This document shows positions 20,245 to 39,069 of a stretch of DNA of 64,000 nt, piece after piece. How positions within the stretch are numbered: the stretch's first letter is position 1; every line of letters begins with the position of its first letter. The notes beneath the pieces were generated by a model. That model was not told the DNA's origin, did no database searches, and saw nothing but the letters and a program-made list of their open reading frames with translations. Where the stretch lies: assembly GCF_009914755.1 (NCBI RefSeq), contig NC_060927.1; one strand, 5' to 3'. Origin of the DNA: the human T2T-CHM13v2.0 reference genome, Homo sapiens. The translations under genes and the position numbers were made by a program.

Positions 20245-21442
20245 AATCTCGTTCCTTTTTATGGCTGCACAGTATTCCATGGTGTATATGTACCACATTT
20301 TCTTTATGCAGTCTATCATTGATGGGCATTTGGGTTGATTCCATGTCTTTGCTATTGTGAATAGTGCTGCAATGAACATACGTGTGCATGTATCTTTATA
20401 ATAGAATGATTTATATTCTTTTGGGTATATACCCCATAATGGGATTGCTGGGTCAAATGATATTTCTGGTTCTAGGTCTTTGAGGAATCACCACACTGTC
20501 TTCCACAATGGTTGACTTAATTTACATTCCCACCAACAGTGTAAAAGTTTTCCTATTTCTCCACAGCCTCATCAGATCTGTTATTTCTTAACTTTTTAAT
20601 AATCGCCATTCTGACTGGCGTGAGATGGAATCTCACTGTGATTTTGGTTTGCACTTATCTAATGATCAGTGATGTTGAGCTTCTTTATATGTTTGTTAGT
20701 CACATAAATATCTTCTTTTGAGAAGTATCTGTTCATGTCCTTTGCCCACTTTTTAATGGGGTTGTTTGGGTTTTTTCCTTATAAATTTGTTTAAGTTCCT
20801 TGTAGATTCTGGATATTAGAACTTTGTCAAAAAAAAAAAAAGAATTTTGTCAGATGGATAGGTTGCAAAAATTTTCTCCCATTCTGCAGGTTGTCTATTT
20901 GCTCTAATAATAATTTCTTCTGCTGTGCAGAAGCTCTTTAGTTTAATTAGAACCCATTTGTCAATTTTTACTTTTGTTGCAATTGCTTTTGATGTTTTTG
21001 TCATGAAATCTTTGCCCATGCCTATGTGCTGAATGATATTGCCTAGATTTTCTTCCAGGTTTTTTATAGTTTTGGGTTTTCAATTTAAGTCTTTAATCCA
21101 TCTTGAGTTAATTTTTGTATCAGGCATAAGAGCGGAGTCCAGTTTCAATTTTCTGCATATAGCTGGCCAGTTCTCCCAGCACCATTTATTAAATAGGGAA
21201 TCCTTTCCCCATTGCTTGTTTTTTGTCAGGTTTGTTGAAGATCATATGGCTGTAGATGAGCAGTCTTATTTCTGAGTACTCTATTCTGTTCCATTGGTCT
21301 ATGTGTCTATTTTTGTACCAGTACCATGTTATTTTTTTACTGTTGCCATGTAGTACAGTTTGAAGTTGGGTAGCATGATGTCTCCAGCTTTGTTCTTTTT
21401 GTTTAGAATTGTCTTTGCTATTCAGGCTCTTTTATGGTTCTA

Positions 21443-21592
<150 letters not shown>

Positions 21593-23094
21593 TTAAAATT
21601 TTAATAAGCTATTGTCTCTCAAATTGTAGCCCTTCCATACTGCTGTAATTATACCTGTTCCTACTTCTCATGCTTCTCCCCAGAAGCCCACAAGTTTTGA
21701 AGGGGAAATAAAAGCCATAATCTCTCAAAAGTACTATAAACTAATGGCCAAATATCTCACCTGGCTGACTTTGGGACAATGTTCCACATTCAAACGGTTT
21801 CCATCTTCTTCTCACTGGTAAAGTCAATGGGAAAAAATATATAGTGAACTAACTGAGCTAGAAAAATAATTTTATTGTTCTATCAACAAATTCCTAATAA
21901 GTATGATTAGCATAAATACTTTCACATCAGTAGAATGAGGCTTCACTAATGAGATGAACACAATACACATCTGACATAATACCAATTGCTTTTAAATATA
22001 TATACGTGTGTGTGTGTATATATGTATATAATAAAAATTATTTTTAAAGGCAATATAATTAACTTGCATGATTCAACTGGAGTTTACTCCCATTTACTGT
22101 TTGTGTGATTTTCAGATAAATTATTTAACATTTTTGAGTCTCCTTTTGCTCAACTATAAAATTGGGACAATAGTTATTTGTAGTTTGTTAGAATGTAATG
22201 CCTAATACAGTAGATACTCAATTAATGTTAGGTGAATGTGATCCAAAGTCAATAAAATTTCTGAAAGGGAGTATATGCATCTGTTTGAAAAGCGACCTTG
22301 AGAAGAATTTATTCCAACAATTTATGTATTTTACAAATTGAATAAAGCAGAAGGATTTCTTAAAACATTGTCACCTAAAGCAGAACAAATCTTTCTTTTA
22401 AATAAGTGTTTTCCTGCCTTAATATTTAATTCAATTAGATTAGGCTGAATGTTTTTGGAGAGACTTGAATATAATAATGCATAAAATTTGTCTACATTTG
22501 GCCACAAGCTTTTGCTGACACTTAATGAAATCTTTTTAATTACTCCAGCAGCCCTTGTGTTGGCTGCTGTGCTGGGGTCATTGGAAAACTCGACCCTGTG
22601 GTACTTGGGATACAAGAACATCTTCTGCTGATTGAAGCCTATACCCTGTGGAAATGTTTTAATGTGGTCCTTGAAGCATGTCCTAAGAAATACTGTCAAC
22701 ACATATTCTTCCTTGTCAGGCCTTTACTTGGTCAGGAATACTCAAGAGCTCTGTCTTTTTGCCTGTAGTTTACCATGTTGTCTTCCACTTGTTTTCAAAT
22801 CTGGTTTAGCTGTGTTCAATAAAGCAGAGTTAGATGAATTAGATGACATCATCAACCCTTCTCTCCCAGAGAAAATTTCCCATCAGATAAATCACTGAAC
22901 CAGCTACCATGTTCTGACACATAGAAGCCACATCCCTGCCACCTGATCATTCACTTGCAGCAAAACATTTTCTTAACACAGGGAACAAAGAGGCATGCCC
23001 AATGGGCCATATGAAAAGCTGGGGTTGATCACAAACCCCCAGCATGAAGAATTTCAAAAGAAGAAGGAATGGGAAAGAATAAAAGGATAACTTA

Positions 23095-23453
<359 letters not shown>

Positions 23454-23539
23454 TAACAAACAGAAGACTGTTGGACTCTACTGTTTAATATAAACTAAAA
23501 GATAGGACATAATCCTGAAGACTCCATAGCTAATTAAAA

Positions 23540-24850
23540 AACAACTCCTAAAAAATAACATACGAGCAAATATAGATTACTTTGGGTTTGGTGATGACTT
23601 TTTCAGATAGAACACCAAAGGAATAAGCCATGAAAGAAAGGATTGATAAACTGGACTTCATTAAAATTAAAATGTTCTGCCCTGGGAAAAACACTGTCAA
23701 GAGAATGTAAAGACAAACCGCAGACTGGAAGAAAATATTTGCAAAAGATCTATCTGATAAATGACTGTTATCCAAAATATACAAAGAACTCTTAAAACTC
23801 AACAATAAGAAAACAACACAATTAAAAATGGGCCAAAGACCTTAATAGACACTTCATCAAAGGAGATCTATAGATGTCAAATAAGCATATGGACAGATAC
23901 TCTACATCATATGTCATTAGGGAAATCCAAATAAAAGCAACAATGAGATACCACTATATACCTATTAGAATGGCCAAAATGTAGACACTGACAGCAGCAA
24001 ATGCTGTTGAGGATGTACAGGAATAGAAACTCTTATTTATTGCTGGTGGAAATACAAAATGGTACAGCTACATTGGAACACAGTTTGACAGCTTCTTGCA
24101 GAACTAAACATACTCTTACAATATTATCCAGCAATCACCCTTCTTGGTATTTTTCCAAAGGAACTGAAAATACATAGCCACACAAAAACCTGCACGTGGG
24201 TGATTATAGCAGCTTTACTCCTAATTGCCAAAACTTAAAAGCAACCAACCAACCAAGCAACTTACGTATTTACCTTTCAGTAAGTAAATACGTAAGTAAA
24301 TTGCAGTGCATCCAGATAATGGAGCATTATTTGGTGCTAAAAAGAGATGAGCTATCAAGCCATGAAAAAGAATGGAGAAAACTTAAACGGATATTATTCA
24401 GTGATAGAAGCCAATCTGAAAAGGGTACACATGTATGATTCCAACTATACAACATTTAGGAAAAATCAAAACTATAGAGACAGGAAAAAAATCAGTGGTT
24501 GTCAGGGATTAGGGAGGGAGGAAGGAATGGATTGACAGAGCACAGAGAATCTTTAGGGTAGTAACACTACTCTGTGTGATATTATAACTGGTGGGTACAT
24601 GTCATTATACGTTTGTCCAAACCTGTAAAATGTACAACACCAAAAGGGAATCCTAATGTAAACTATGGACTTTGGGTGATAATGATGTGTCAATGTAAGT
24701 TCATCAATTGTAACAAATGTACGACTTCGGTGAAGAATGTTCATAATGGGAGAGGCTATGCTTGCGTGGGGACAGAGAGTATGTGGGAAATCTCTGTACC
24801 TTTCTCTGAATTTTACTATAAACACAAAACTGCTCTAAAAAATTTAAGTA
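23540..24850 (+). mobile_element. L1MC-like ORF2 end and 3' UTR
   Basis: Degenerate ORF2 3' motifs; TAATGTAAACTATGGACTTTGGGTGATAATGATGTGTC typical of L1MC 3' UTR. Confidence 0.8.
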
Positions 24851-27800
24851 TATTAAACAATCCACACTGCTATATATAAACATGTTTATATACTGATTAA
24901 CTGGGGTGAATAGATCTTGACAAACATAAGAAATTGCCATATCCGAAGACACTGGACGTCCCCCCAGGTGTGTTGTTATTGTTATTTACTTGTTTGTTTC
25001 ATTTTTTATTTTTATGGGTACATAGTAGGTATATTATTTATGGGGTACATAAGATATTTTGATAAAGGCATATAGTGTATAATAACCACATCAAGGTAAA
25101 TGGAATATTCATCACCTCAAGTATTTATCATTTCTTTGTGTTATAAACATTCCAATTATAATTTTAGATATTTTTAAACAATAAAATATTGTTGATTAAA
25201 ACCATCCTATTGTGCTATCAAATATTAGATCCCATTCATTCTACCTACCTATATTTTTGTACCCATTAACCATCACCATTCCTCCTCCCCACTGTGCTTT
25301 CCAATCCCTGGTAACATTCATTTCACTTTCTATGTCCATGAGTTCAATTGTTTTAATTTTTGGCTCCCACAAATGAGTGAGAACATGTGACAGTTGTCTT
25401 ACTGCGCCTGGCTTATTTCATTTAACATAATGTCCTCCAGTTCTATCTATGTTGTTGCAAATGACAGAATTTCATTCCTTTTATATCTGAATAGTACTCC
25501 ATTGTGTACCACATTTTGCTTATCCATTTGTCTGTTGATGGACACTTGGGTTGCTTCTAAACATTGGCTATTGTGAATAGTGCTGCAATAAACACAGGAG
25601 TGCAGATATCTCTTTGCTATACTGATTTTCTTTCTTTGGGGTTTATGCCTAGCAGTGAGATTGCTGGATCATATGGTAGTTCTATTTTTAGTTTTTGAGG
25701 AACCTCCATACTACTCTGTATAGTGGCTGTACAAATGTGCATTCCCACCAACAGTGTATAAACATTCCCTTTCCTCCTCATCCTACCCAGCATTCGTTAT
25801 TGCCCATCTTTTAAAGAAAAGTCATTTTAACTTGGTTGAGATTATATCTCATTGTAGTTTTGATTCTCATTTCTCTGATGATCAGTGATATTGAGCACCT
25901 TTTCATATATCTGTTTGCCATATGTCTTCTTTTGAGAAATGTCTATTCCAATCTTTAGTCCATTTTGATTGGATTATTAGATTTTTTCCTATTGAGTTGT
26001 TTGAGCTCTTTATATAGTCTAGTTATTAATCCCTTGTCAGATAAATAGTTTGCAAATATTTTCTCCCATTCTGTGGGTTGTCTCTTCACTTTGTTGATTG
26101 TTTCCTTTGTTATGCAGAAAGTTTTTAACTTGATGTGATCCCATTTGTCCATTTTTGCTTTGGTTACCTGTGCTTATAGGCTATGGCTCAAGAAATCTTT
26201 GCCCAGACCAATATCCTGGGGATTTTCCCCCAGTGTTTTCTATTAGTAGTTTTATAGTTTGAGATTTAAGTATTTCATCCATTTCGATTTAATTTTTATA
26301 TATGGCAAGAGTTGGGGTCTAGTTTTTTCTTAGCACCATTTATTGAAGAGACTATCATTTCCCCAATGTATGTTCTTGGCACCTTTATTGAAAATTAGTT
26401 CACTGTAGTAGTAAAGATTTATTTCTGAGTTCTTTATTTTGTTCCACTAGCCTATATGTCTGTTTTTATACCAGTATCATGCTTTTTGGTTACTACAGCT
26501 TTGTAGTATGATTTGAAGTCAGGTATTATGATTCCTCTGGTTTCATTCTTTTTGCTTAGGATAGCTTTGGCTATTCTGGGTCTTTTGTGGTTCCATATAA
26601 ATTTCAGAATTGTTTTTTTCTATTTCTGTGAAGAACATCGTTGGTATTTTGATGGAGTTTACATTGAATCTGTAGATTGCTTTGGGCAGTATGGACATTT
26701 TAACAATACTGATTCTGCCAATACGTGAACATGGAATATCTTTCCATGCTTTTGTGTCCCTCTTCAATTTCTTGCATCAGTGTTTTACAGTTTTCATTGC
26801 AGAGATCTTTCTCTTCTTTGGATAAAGTTATTCCTAGGTATTTTGTTTATAGCTATACATGGGACTAATTTCTTAATTTCTTTTGCAGTGTTTGCTTTTG
26901 GCATATGAAAATGCTACTAATTTTTGTATGTTGATTTTGTATCTTGCAAATTTACTTAATTAATTTATCCATTCTAATAGTTTCCTTGTGGAGTCTTTAA
27001 GTCTTTCCAAGTGTAAGCTCATATTATCTGCAAACAAGGATAATTTGATTTCTTCCTTTCCAATTTGGATGCCCTTTATATCTTGTTTATATCTTTCTCC
27101 TGTCTGATTGCTCTAGCTAGGACCTCCGGTACCATGTTAAATAACAGTGGTAAAACTGGGCATCCTTGTGTTGTTCCAGATCTTAGAAGAAAGGCTTTCA
27201 GCTTTTCCCCTTTCAGTATGACGCTAGCTATGATTCTGTCATATATGGTTTTTATTATGTTAAGGTATGTTCCTTCTATCCTCAGTTTTTGAGGGTTTTT
27301 ATTATGAAGGGATGTTGATTTTATCAAATGTTTTTTCAGCATTAACTGAAATGATCATATGATTTTTGTCCTTCATTCTGTTGATAGGATGTATCATGTT
27401 GAATAATTTGTGTATGTTGAACCATCTTTGCATTCTTGGGATAAATCCCACTTGGTCATGATGAATGATCTTTCTAATGTGTTGTTAAATTCAGTTTGGT
27501 AGTATTTTGTTGAAGATTTTTGCATCAGTGTTTGAATATTGGCCTGTAGTTTTCTTTTTTTGATGTTCCTAGTTTTGGTATCAAGGTAATACTGGCCTCA
27601 TAGAATAAGTTTGAAAGTATTCCCTCTATTTTTCAGAATAGTTTCAGTAGTATTGCTATTAGTTCTTCTTTAAATGATTGGTAAAATTCAGCGCTGAAGC
27701 CATTGGGTCCTGGGCTTTTCTTTGCTGCGAGGCCGTTTGTTATGGCTTTGATCTCATCTCTTGTTATTGGTCTATTGAGGTTTTGGATTTCTTCATACTT

Positions 27801-28011
27801 TAATCTTGGTAGGTTTTATGTGTCTAGGAGTATATCTGTTTCTACTAGGTTTTCCAATTTACTGGCATGTAGTTTCTCATAGTAGTCTCTAATGTTCCTT
27901 TTAATTTCTCAGTATGAATTGTGATGTCTCCTTTTACATCTCTAATTTTATTTACTTGGGCCTTCTCTCTTTTTATCTTTGTTAGTCTGACTAAAGGTTT
28001 GTCAATCTTGC

Positions 28012-28317
28012 TTGTTTGTTTGTTTGTTTGTTTAACAGGGGCTTATTCTGTTGCCCAGGCTGGAGTGCAGTGGTGCAATCATAGCTCACAGCAGGCTTGA
28101 TCTTCCAGGTTCAAACCATCCTCCCACCTTAGTCTCCCAAGTAGCTGAGACTACGAGTCCGCACCACTTTGCCTGGCTATTTTCTCTTTTATTATTCTTA
28201 GTAGAAACAGGTCTTGCTATGTTGCCCAGGCTGGTCTCAAACTCCTGGGCTCAAGCAATCCTCCCATCTCAGCCTTCCAAAGTGCTGGGATTATAGGAAT
28301 AAGTCACCACCCCGGCC
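28012..28317 (-). mobile_element. AluJ
   Basis: Antisense Alu dimer with a (TTTG)n tail. Confidence 0.9.
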
Positions 28318-30117
28318 TTGTTTATCTTTTCAAAAAAACAGCTTTTTCTTTCATTGATCTTTTGTATTTTTGTTTTTGCAAAATGTTTATTCCCACTCTG
28401 ATCTTTATTATATGCTTTATTTTACTAATTTTGGGTTTGGTTTGCTCTTGCTCTTCTAGTTCTTTATGATGCACCAGTAGGTTATTTGTTTAAATTTTTT
28501 TCTACTTTTTTGATGTAGGCACTTATTGTTATAAATTTTTCTCTTAGTACTGCTTTCACTGTATCCCATAGGTTTTGGTATGTTGTGTCTTCATTTTAAT
28601 TTGTTTCAATACATTTTTAAAATTTCCCTCTTAATTTTTTCATTGACCCAATAATCATTTAGGAGCATGTTGTTTAATTTCCATGGGCTTTGTATTTTCC
28701 TAAGTCCCTCTTGTTACCAATTTCTAGTTTTATTCCATCGTGGTCAGAGAAGATACTTTATGATTTCAATTTTGTTGAAATTTTTAAGGCTTGTTTTGTG
28801 ACCTAATATAGAATCTATCCTTGAGAATGATTCATTTGCTGAGAAAAATAATGTGTATTCTACAGCCATTAGAAATGTTCTGTAAATATTTATTAGGTCC
28901 CTTTGGTCTATACTGAATATTAAGTCTAATATTTCTTTGTTGATTTTCTATATGGACGATCTGTCCAATGCTGAAAGTGGGTGTTGAAGTCTCCAGTTAT
29001 TATTGTTTTGGGGCCCATCTCTTCCGTTAGTTCTAATAATATTTATTTTATATAACTGAGTGCTCCAGTGTTGGCTGCATATATAATTGTTATATTTTCT
29101 TCCTGAATTGATCCCTTTTCCTTATATAATTACCTTCTTTGTCTCTTTTTATGTTTTTTGTCTTGAACCCTATTTTATCTTACATAAGAATAGGCACTCT
29201 TGCTCTTTTTGTTTTCCATTTGCATGGAATATTTTTTCCATCCCTTTATTGCCAGTCTATGTCTGTCTTTATAGGTGATGTGTGTTTCTTGTAGGCAATA
29301 GGTAGTTGGGGCTGGTTTTTTTATCCATTCAGTCAGTCTATGTCTTGATTAGAGAGTTTAGTCCATATACATTAAATGTTTTTATTGATAAATAAGGATT
29401 TACTCCTGCCATTTTATAATTGGTTTTCTGGTTGTATTGTGGTATTTTCTTCCTTTCTGTCTTCTTTTTTGGGAAAGTGATTTTCTCTGGTTGTATGTTT
29501 TAATTTCTTGCTTTACATTTTTTAGGTAACATTGTAGGTTGTTTTCCTTTAAGGTTATCATGATGCTTGCAAATGACATCTTATAACTCATTATTTTAAA
29601 CTAATGACAACTTAACACTGATTCATAAACAAACTAGAAAAAAGCAGAGAAAACTAATAAAAAAACACTTTAACTTATACTTTAACTCCCCCCAACTTTT
29701 CAACATTTTTGGTCTCTATTTTTATCTTATTATACTGTCTATGTCTTGAAAAATTGTTGTACTTATTATTTTTGATAGGTTTATATTTTGGTCTTCCTAC
29801 TTAAGACATTAATAGTTTACACACCATAATTAAAGTGTTATAATATTCTATATGTGTACATGTACTTACTATTGTCGGTGAGTGTTGCACCTTCAGATGA
29901 TTTCTTCTTGCTCATAAATGTCCTTTTCTTTCAGCATTTGTTGTAATACTGGTCTAGTGTATTTTCTTTAAGCATTTGTTGTAATACGGGTCTAGTGTTA
30001 ATGAAATCCCTCAGCTTTGGTACGTCTGGAAAAGTCTTTATTTCTCCTTCATATTTGAAAGATATTTTCACTGGATATACAATTCTTTTGTGTTTTTTTT
30101 TCCCCTCAGAACTTTAA

Positions 30118-30505
<388 letters not shown>

Positions 30506-30969
30506 TCCTTTGTATGTTATTTGTTTCTTTTCTCTTGCTGCTTTTAGAATCCTTTCTTTATCTTTGGCTTTTGGGAGATTGATTATTAAATGTCTTGAGG
30601 TAGTCTTATTTGGGCTAAATCTGCTTGGTGCTCTACAACCCTCTTGTACTTGCATATTGATATCTTTCTCTAGGTTTGGGAAGTTCTCTGTTATTGTCCC
30701 TTTGAATAAACTTCCTACCCTATGTCTCTCTCTGCCTCCTCTTTAAGGCTAATAGCTCTTAGATTTGCACTTTTGAGGCTATTTTCTAGTTATTGTAGGC
30801 ATGCTTCATTCCTTTTTATTTTTTTTTCTTTTGTCTCCTCTGACTGTGTATTTTCATATAGCCTGTCTTCATGCTCACTAATTCTCTCTTCTGCTTGATC
30901 AGTTCTTCTGTTAAGGGACTCTGGTACATTCTTTAGTATATCAATTACATTTTTCAGCTCCAGAAGGAG

Positions 30970-32410
30970 CAGGAAATGTAAAAAGGACCTTATCTTGCAA
31001 CTTGGGCAACAGCTCAGCCACAGTAAAATAAAGCACCAAGTAGATTCCTGACGTTTCTGACTACAGGCTCTAGCTCCCAGACAGTATTTCTAGACCCACC
31101 CTAGGCCAGAAGGGAGTCCCCCACCCTGAAGGGAAAGACACAAGCCTGGCTGAGTTCACCACCTGCTGACTAAAGAGCCCTTGGTCCTTGAGTAAACATC
31201 AATGGTAGTCATGCCATAGTTGCTACAGGCCTTAGGCAAGCCCTGAGCTGGCTTCAGGTCCAAGAAAGATGGCTACAAATAAGCACAGACAGTGAAGACT
31301 ACAATAAATTCCTAACTCTTCAATGCCCAGACACCAAAGAACATCTGCTAGCATCAACACCATCCAGGAAAACATGACCTCACCAAATGAACTAAATAAG
31401 CCACCAGAGACCAATCCTGGAGAAACAGAGATATGTGACCTTTCAGACAGAGAACCAAAATAGCTGTGTTTGGGAAACTCAAAAAAATTTAAGACAACAA
31501 AGGGAAGGAATTCAGAATTCTGTCAGATAAATTTAACAAACAGATTGAAATAATCAAAAAGAATCGAGCAGAAATTCTGGAGCTGACAAATGCAATTGGC
31601 ATACTGAAGAATGCACCAGAGTCCTTTAACAGCAGAATTGATCAAGTAGAAGAAAGAACTAGTGAGCCTGAAGGCAGGCTATTTGAAAATACACAGTCAC
31701 AGAAAACAAAAGAAAAAAGAATTAAAAACAATGAAGCATGCTTACGGGATCTAGAAAATAGCCTCAAAAGGGCAAATCTAAGAGTTATTGGCCTTAAAGA
31801 GGAGGTAGAGAGATAGGGATAGAAAGTTTATTCAAAGGGATAATAACAAAGAACTTCCCAAACCTAGAGAAAGATACCAATATCCAAGTACAAGAAAATT
31901 TAGAACACTAAACAGATTTAGCTCAAATAAGTCTACCTCAAGGCATTTAATAATCAAACTCCCAAAGGTTCAAGGATAAAGAAAGTATCCAAAAGCAGCA
32001 AGAAAAAAGAAGCAAATAACATACAAGGGAGCTCCAATATGTCTGGCAGCAGATTTTTCAGTGGAAACCTTACAGACCAGGAGAGAGTGGCATCACATAT
32101 TTAAAATGCTGGTGGGAAAACACCTTTAACCCTAGAATAGTATATTCAGTGAAAATATCCTTCAAACATGAAGGAGAAATGAAGACTTTCCTAGACAAAC
32201 AAAAGCTGAGGGATTTCATGCATACCAGACCTGTCCTATAAGAAATGCTAAAGGAAGTACTTCAATCAGAAAAAAAAGGACATTAATGAGCAATAAATAA
32301 TCACCTGAAGGTACAAAATTTACTGGTAATAGTAAGTATACAGAAAAACACAGAATATTATAACACTGTAATTGTGGTGTGTAGACTATTCTTTTCCTAA
32401 GTAGAAAGTT
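30970..32410 (+). mobile_element. L1MA-like 5' UTR, ORF1 and inter-ORF segment
   Basis: CAGGAAAACATGACCTCACCAAATGAACTAAATAAG, AAATATCCTTCAAACATGAAGGAGAAAT: degenerate ORF1. Confidence 0.85.
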
Positions 32411-32421
32411 TACACTGAACA

Positions 32422-32521
32422 GGCTGGGCATGGTGGCACATGCCTGTAATCCCAGCACTTTGGGATGCGGAGGCAGACAGATCATGAGGTCAAGAGATGG
32501 AGACCATCCTGGCCAACATGG
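32422..32521 (+). mobile_element. Alu 5' fragment, broken at a rearrangement junction
   Basis: GGCTGGGCATGGTGGC...CCTGGCCAACATGG then an abrupt switch to L1 sequence. Confidence 0.9.
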
Positions 32522-32731
32522 CCAAAGCAATCTACAGATTCAATGTAAACTCCATCAAAATACCAATGATGTTCTTCACAGAAATAGAAAAAACAATTCT
32601 GAAATTTATACGGAACCACAAAACACCCAGAATAGCCAAAGCTATCCTAAGCAAAAAGAACAAAACCAGAGGAATCAGAGAGTATAAATATCCAAATAAT
32701 CTGGAAAAATATGAGAAAGGAAAAACAGACT
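32522..32731. other. Two templated insertions: inverted copies of 26529-26685 and 13890-13944
   Basis: 32522-32677 = revcomp(26529-26685), 5 substitutions plus 1 indel by eye; 32677-32731 = revcomp(13890-13944), 53/55. Confidence 0.9.
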
Positions 32732-36463
<3,732 letters not shown>

Positions 36464-38535
36464 GTATTAGAACTGATAAATTCAGTAAAGTTGCAGGGTA
36501 CAAATCAACATACAAAACCTATATGCCAATAGTGAACAATGTGAAAAGGATATTTTAAAAAGTAATCCCATTTACAGTAGCCACACATAAAATTAAATAC
36601 CTAGAAATTAACCAAAGAAGTGAACAATCTCTACAATGAAAACTACAAAACACTGCTGAAAGAAATTGAAGAGGACACCAAAAAATGGAAAATGTTCCAT
36701 ATTCATGGATTGGAAGAATCAATATTGTTAAAATGTCCATGCTACCCAAAGCAACCTACAGATTCAATGCAATTCCTAGCAAAATACCAATGACATTCTT
36801 CAAAGAAATAGAAAAACAATCCAAAAATTTATATGCCACCACAAAAGACCCACAATAACCAAAGCTACCCTAAGCAAAAAGAACAAAACTGGAGGAATCA
36901 TATTGCCTGACTTCAAATTATACTACAAAGCTATAGTAAACAAAACAGCATGGTTCTAGCATAAAAACAGACACATAGGTCAATGGAACAGAATAGAGAA
37001 CCCAAAAATGAAGCCATACTTCTGCAGTAAACTCATTTTCAACAAAGGTGCCAAGAACATACAATGGCAAAAAGACAATCTCTTCAATAAATGGTGCTGG
37101 AAAAACTGGATATCCATACACAGAAGAATTAAACTAGACTCCTATCTCTTGCCATATACAAAAATCAAATCAAAATGGATTAAATACTTAAATCTTAAAT
37201 CTCAAACCACAAACTATTAAACTATTACAAGGAAATACTGGAGAAAATCTCCAGGACAATGGTCTGAGCAAAAATCTCTTGAGCAATGCCCCGCAAGCAC
37301 AAGCAACCAAAGCAAAAATGGACAAATAGGATCAATTCAAGGTAAAAAGCACGGAAAATGAAACAATCAACAAAGTGAAGAGACAACCCACAGAATGGGA
37401 GAAAATATTTGCAAACTACCCATCTGATAAGAGATTAATAGAAAATATCTAATAATCTGATCTAAAAAATGGGCAAAAGATTGGAATAGACATTTCTCAA
37501 AAGAAGACATACAATGAAGGCATATGAAAAGGTGCTCAAAATCATTGATCCTCAGAGAAATGCAAATCAAAACTACAATGAGATAACATCTCGCTCCAGT
37601 TAAAATGGCTTTTCTCCAAAAGACAGGCAATAACAAATGCTGGAGAGGATGTGCAGGAAAGGAAATGCTTGTACACTGTTGGTAAGAATGTAAATTAGTA
37701 CAATCCCTATGGAGAACAGTTTGGACATCCCTCAAAAAACTAAAAAGTGAGCTATCATATGGTCCAGCAATCCCACTGCTAGATATATACCCAAAAGAAG
37801 GGAAATCAGTATATGGAAGAGATACCTGCACTGCCATGTTTATTGCAGCACTGTTTACAATAGCTAAGATTTGAAAGCAACCTAAGTGTCTATCAGCAGA
37901 TCAATGGATAAAGAAGACGTGGAACATATATAAAAAGGAGTACTATTTAGCCATAAAAAAGAATGAGATCCAGTTATTTGTAACAACATGGATAGAACCA
38001 GAGATCATTATGCTAAGTGAAATAAGCCAGGCACAGAAAGACAAATATCGCATGCTCTCACTTATTTGTAGTATATAAAACTCGAAACAATTGAACTCAT
38101 GGACATAAGTAGAAGGATAGTTGACAGATGCTGAGAAAGGTAGTGGGAAGGTAGTGGGGGCAGGGGGAGGTTGGGATGGTTAATGGGTACAAAAAAAATA
38201 GAAAGAATGAATAAGACCTACTATTTTGATTCTGCTGAGAGAGAGAAAAGAGAAAAATTAAGAAAGAAAAAAAAAGGCCTACTATTTGATAGCACAACAG
38301 AGTGACTATAGTCAATAATAACTTAATTGTATACTTTAAAATAAAAAGTGCAGTTGGATTGTTTGTAACTCAAAGGATAAATGCTTGAGGGGATGGATAC
38401 CCCATTCTCCATGACTTGCTTATTTCACATTGCATCTCTGTATCAGGACATCTCATGTAACCCATAAATATATACACCTGCTGTGCACCCATAAAAATTT
38501 TAAAAAGCTGGAAAAAAATAAAAAATAAAAAATAA
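36464..38535 (+). mobile_element. L1MA-like 3' portion (likely continuation of 30970-32410)
   Basis: Degenerate ORF2 (37008-37220, KWCWKNW) and L1MA 3' UTR AAAGGATAAATGCTTGAGGGGATGGATACCCC. Confidence 0.88.
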
Positions 38536-38596
38536 GGAAATAGGTTTTATATTTTATACATATGCTTAATACACATTTATAAAAGAACTGTGATTA

Positions 38597-38914
<318 letters not shown>

Positions 38915-39034
38915 TGAATTATCTCAATACCTTATCATTGGCTTAACCTTGTCACACAACCAGTATATCCCACAACCGACTGATTCTTGTTCACAATTCA
39001 AGAAACTATGTGTATTTAAGCAATGCTGTATTTA

Positions 39035-39069
<35 letters not shown>

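Noticed and set aside
39037-39067. Isolated 31-nt poly(A) tract as a retro-insertion
   Set aside because: No convincing TSD; cannot be distinguished from mononucleotide expansion.
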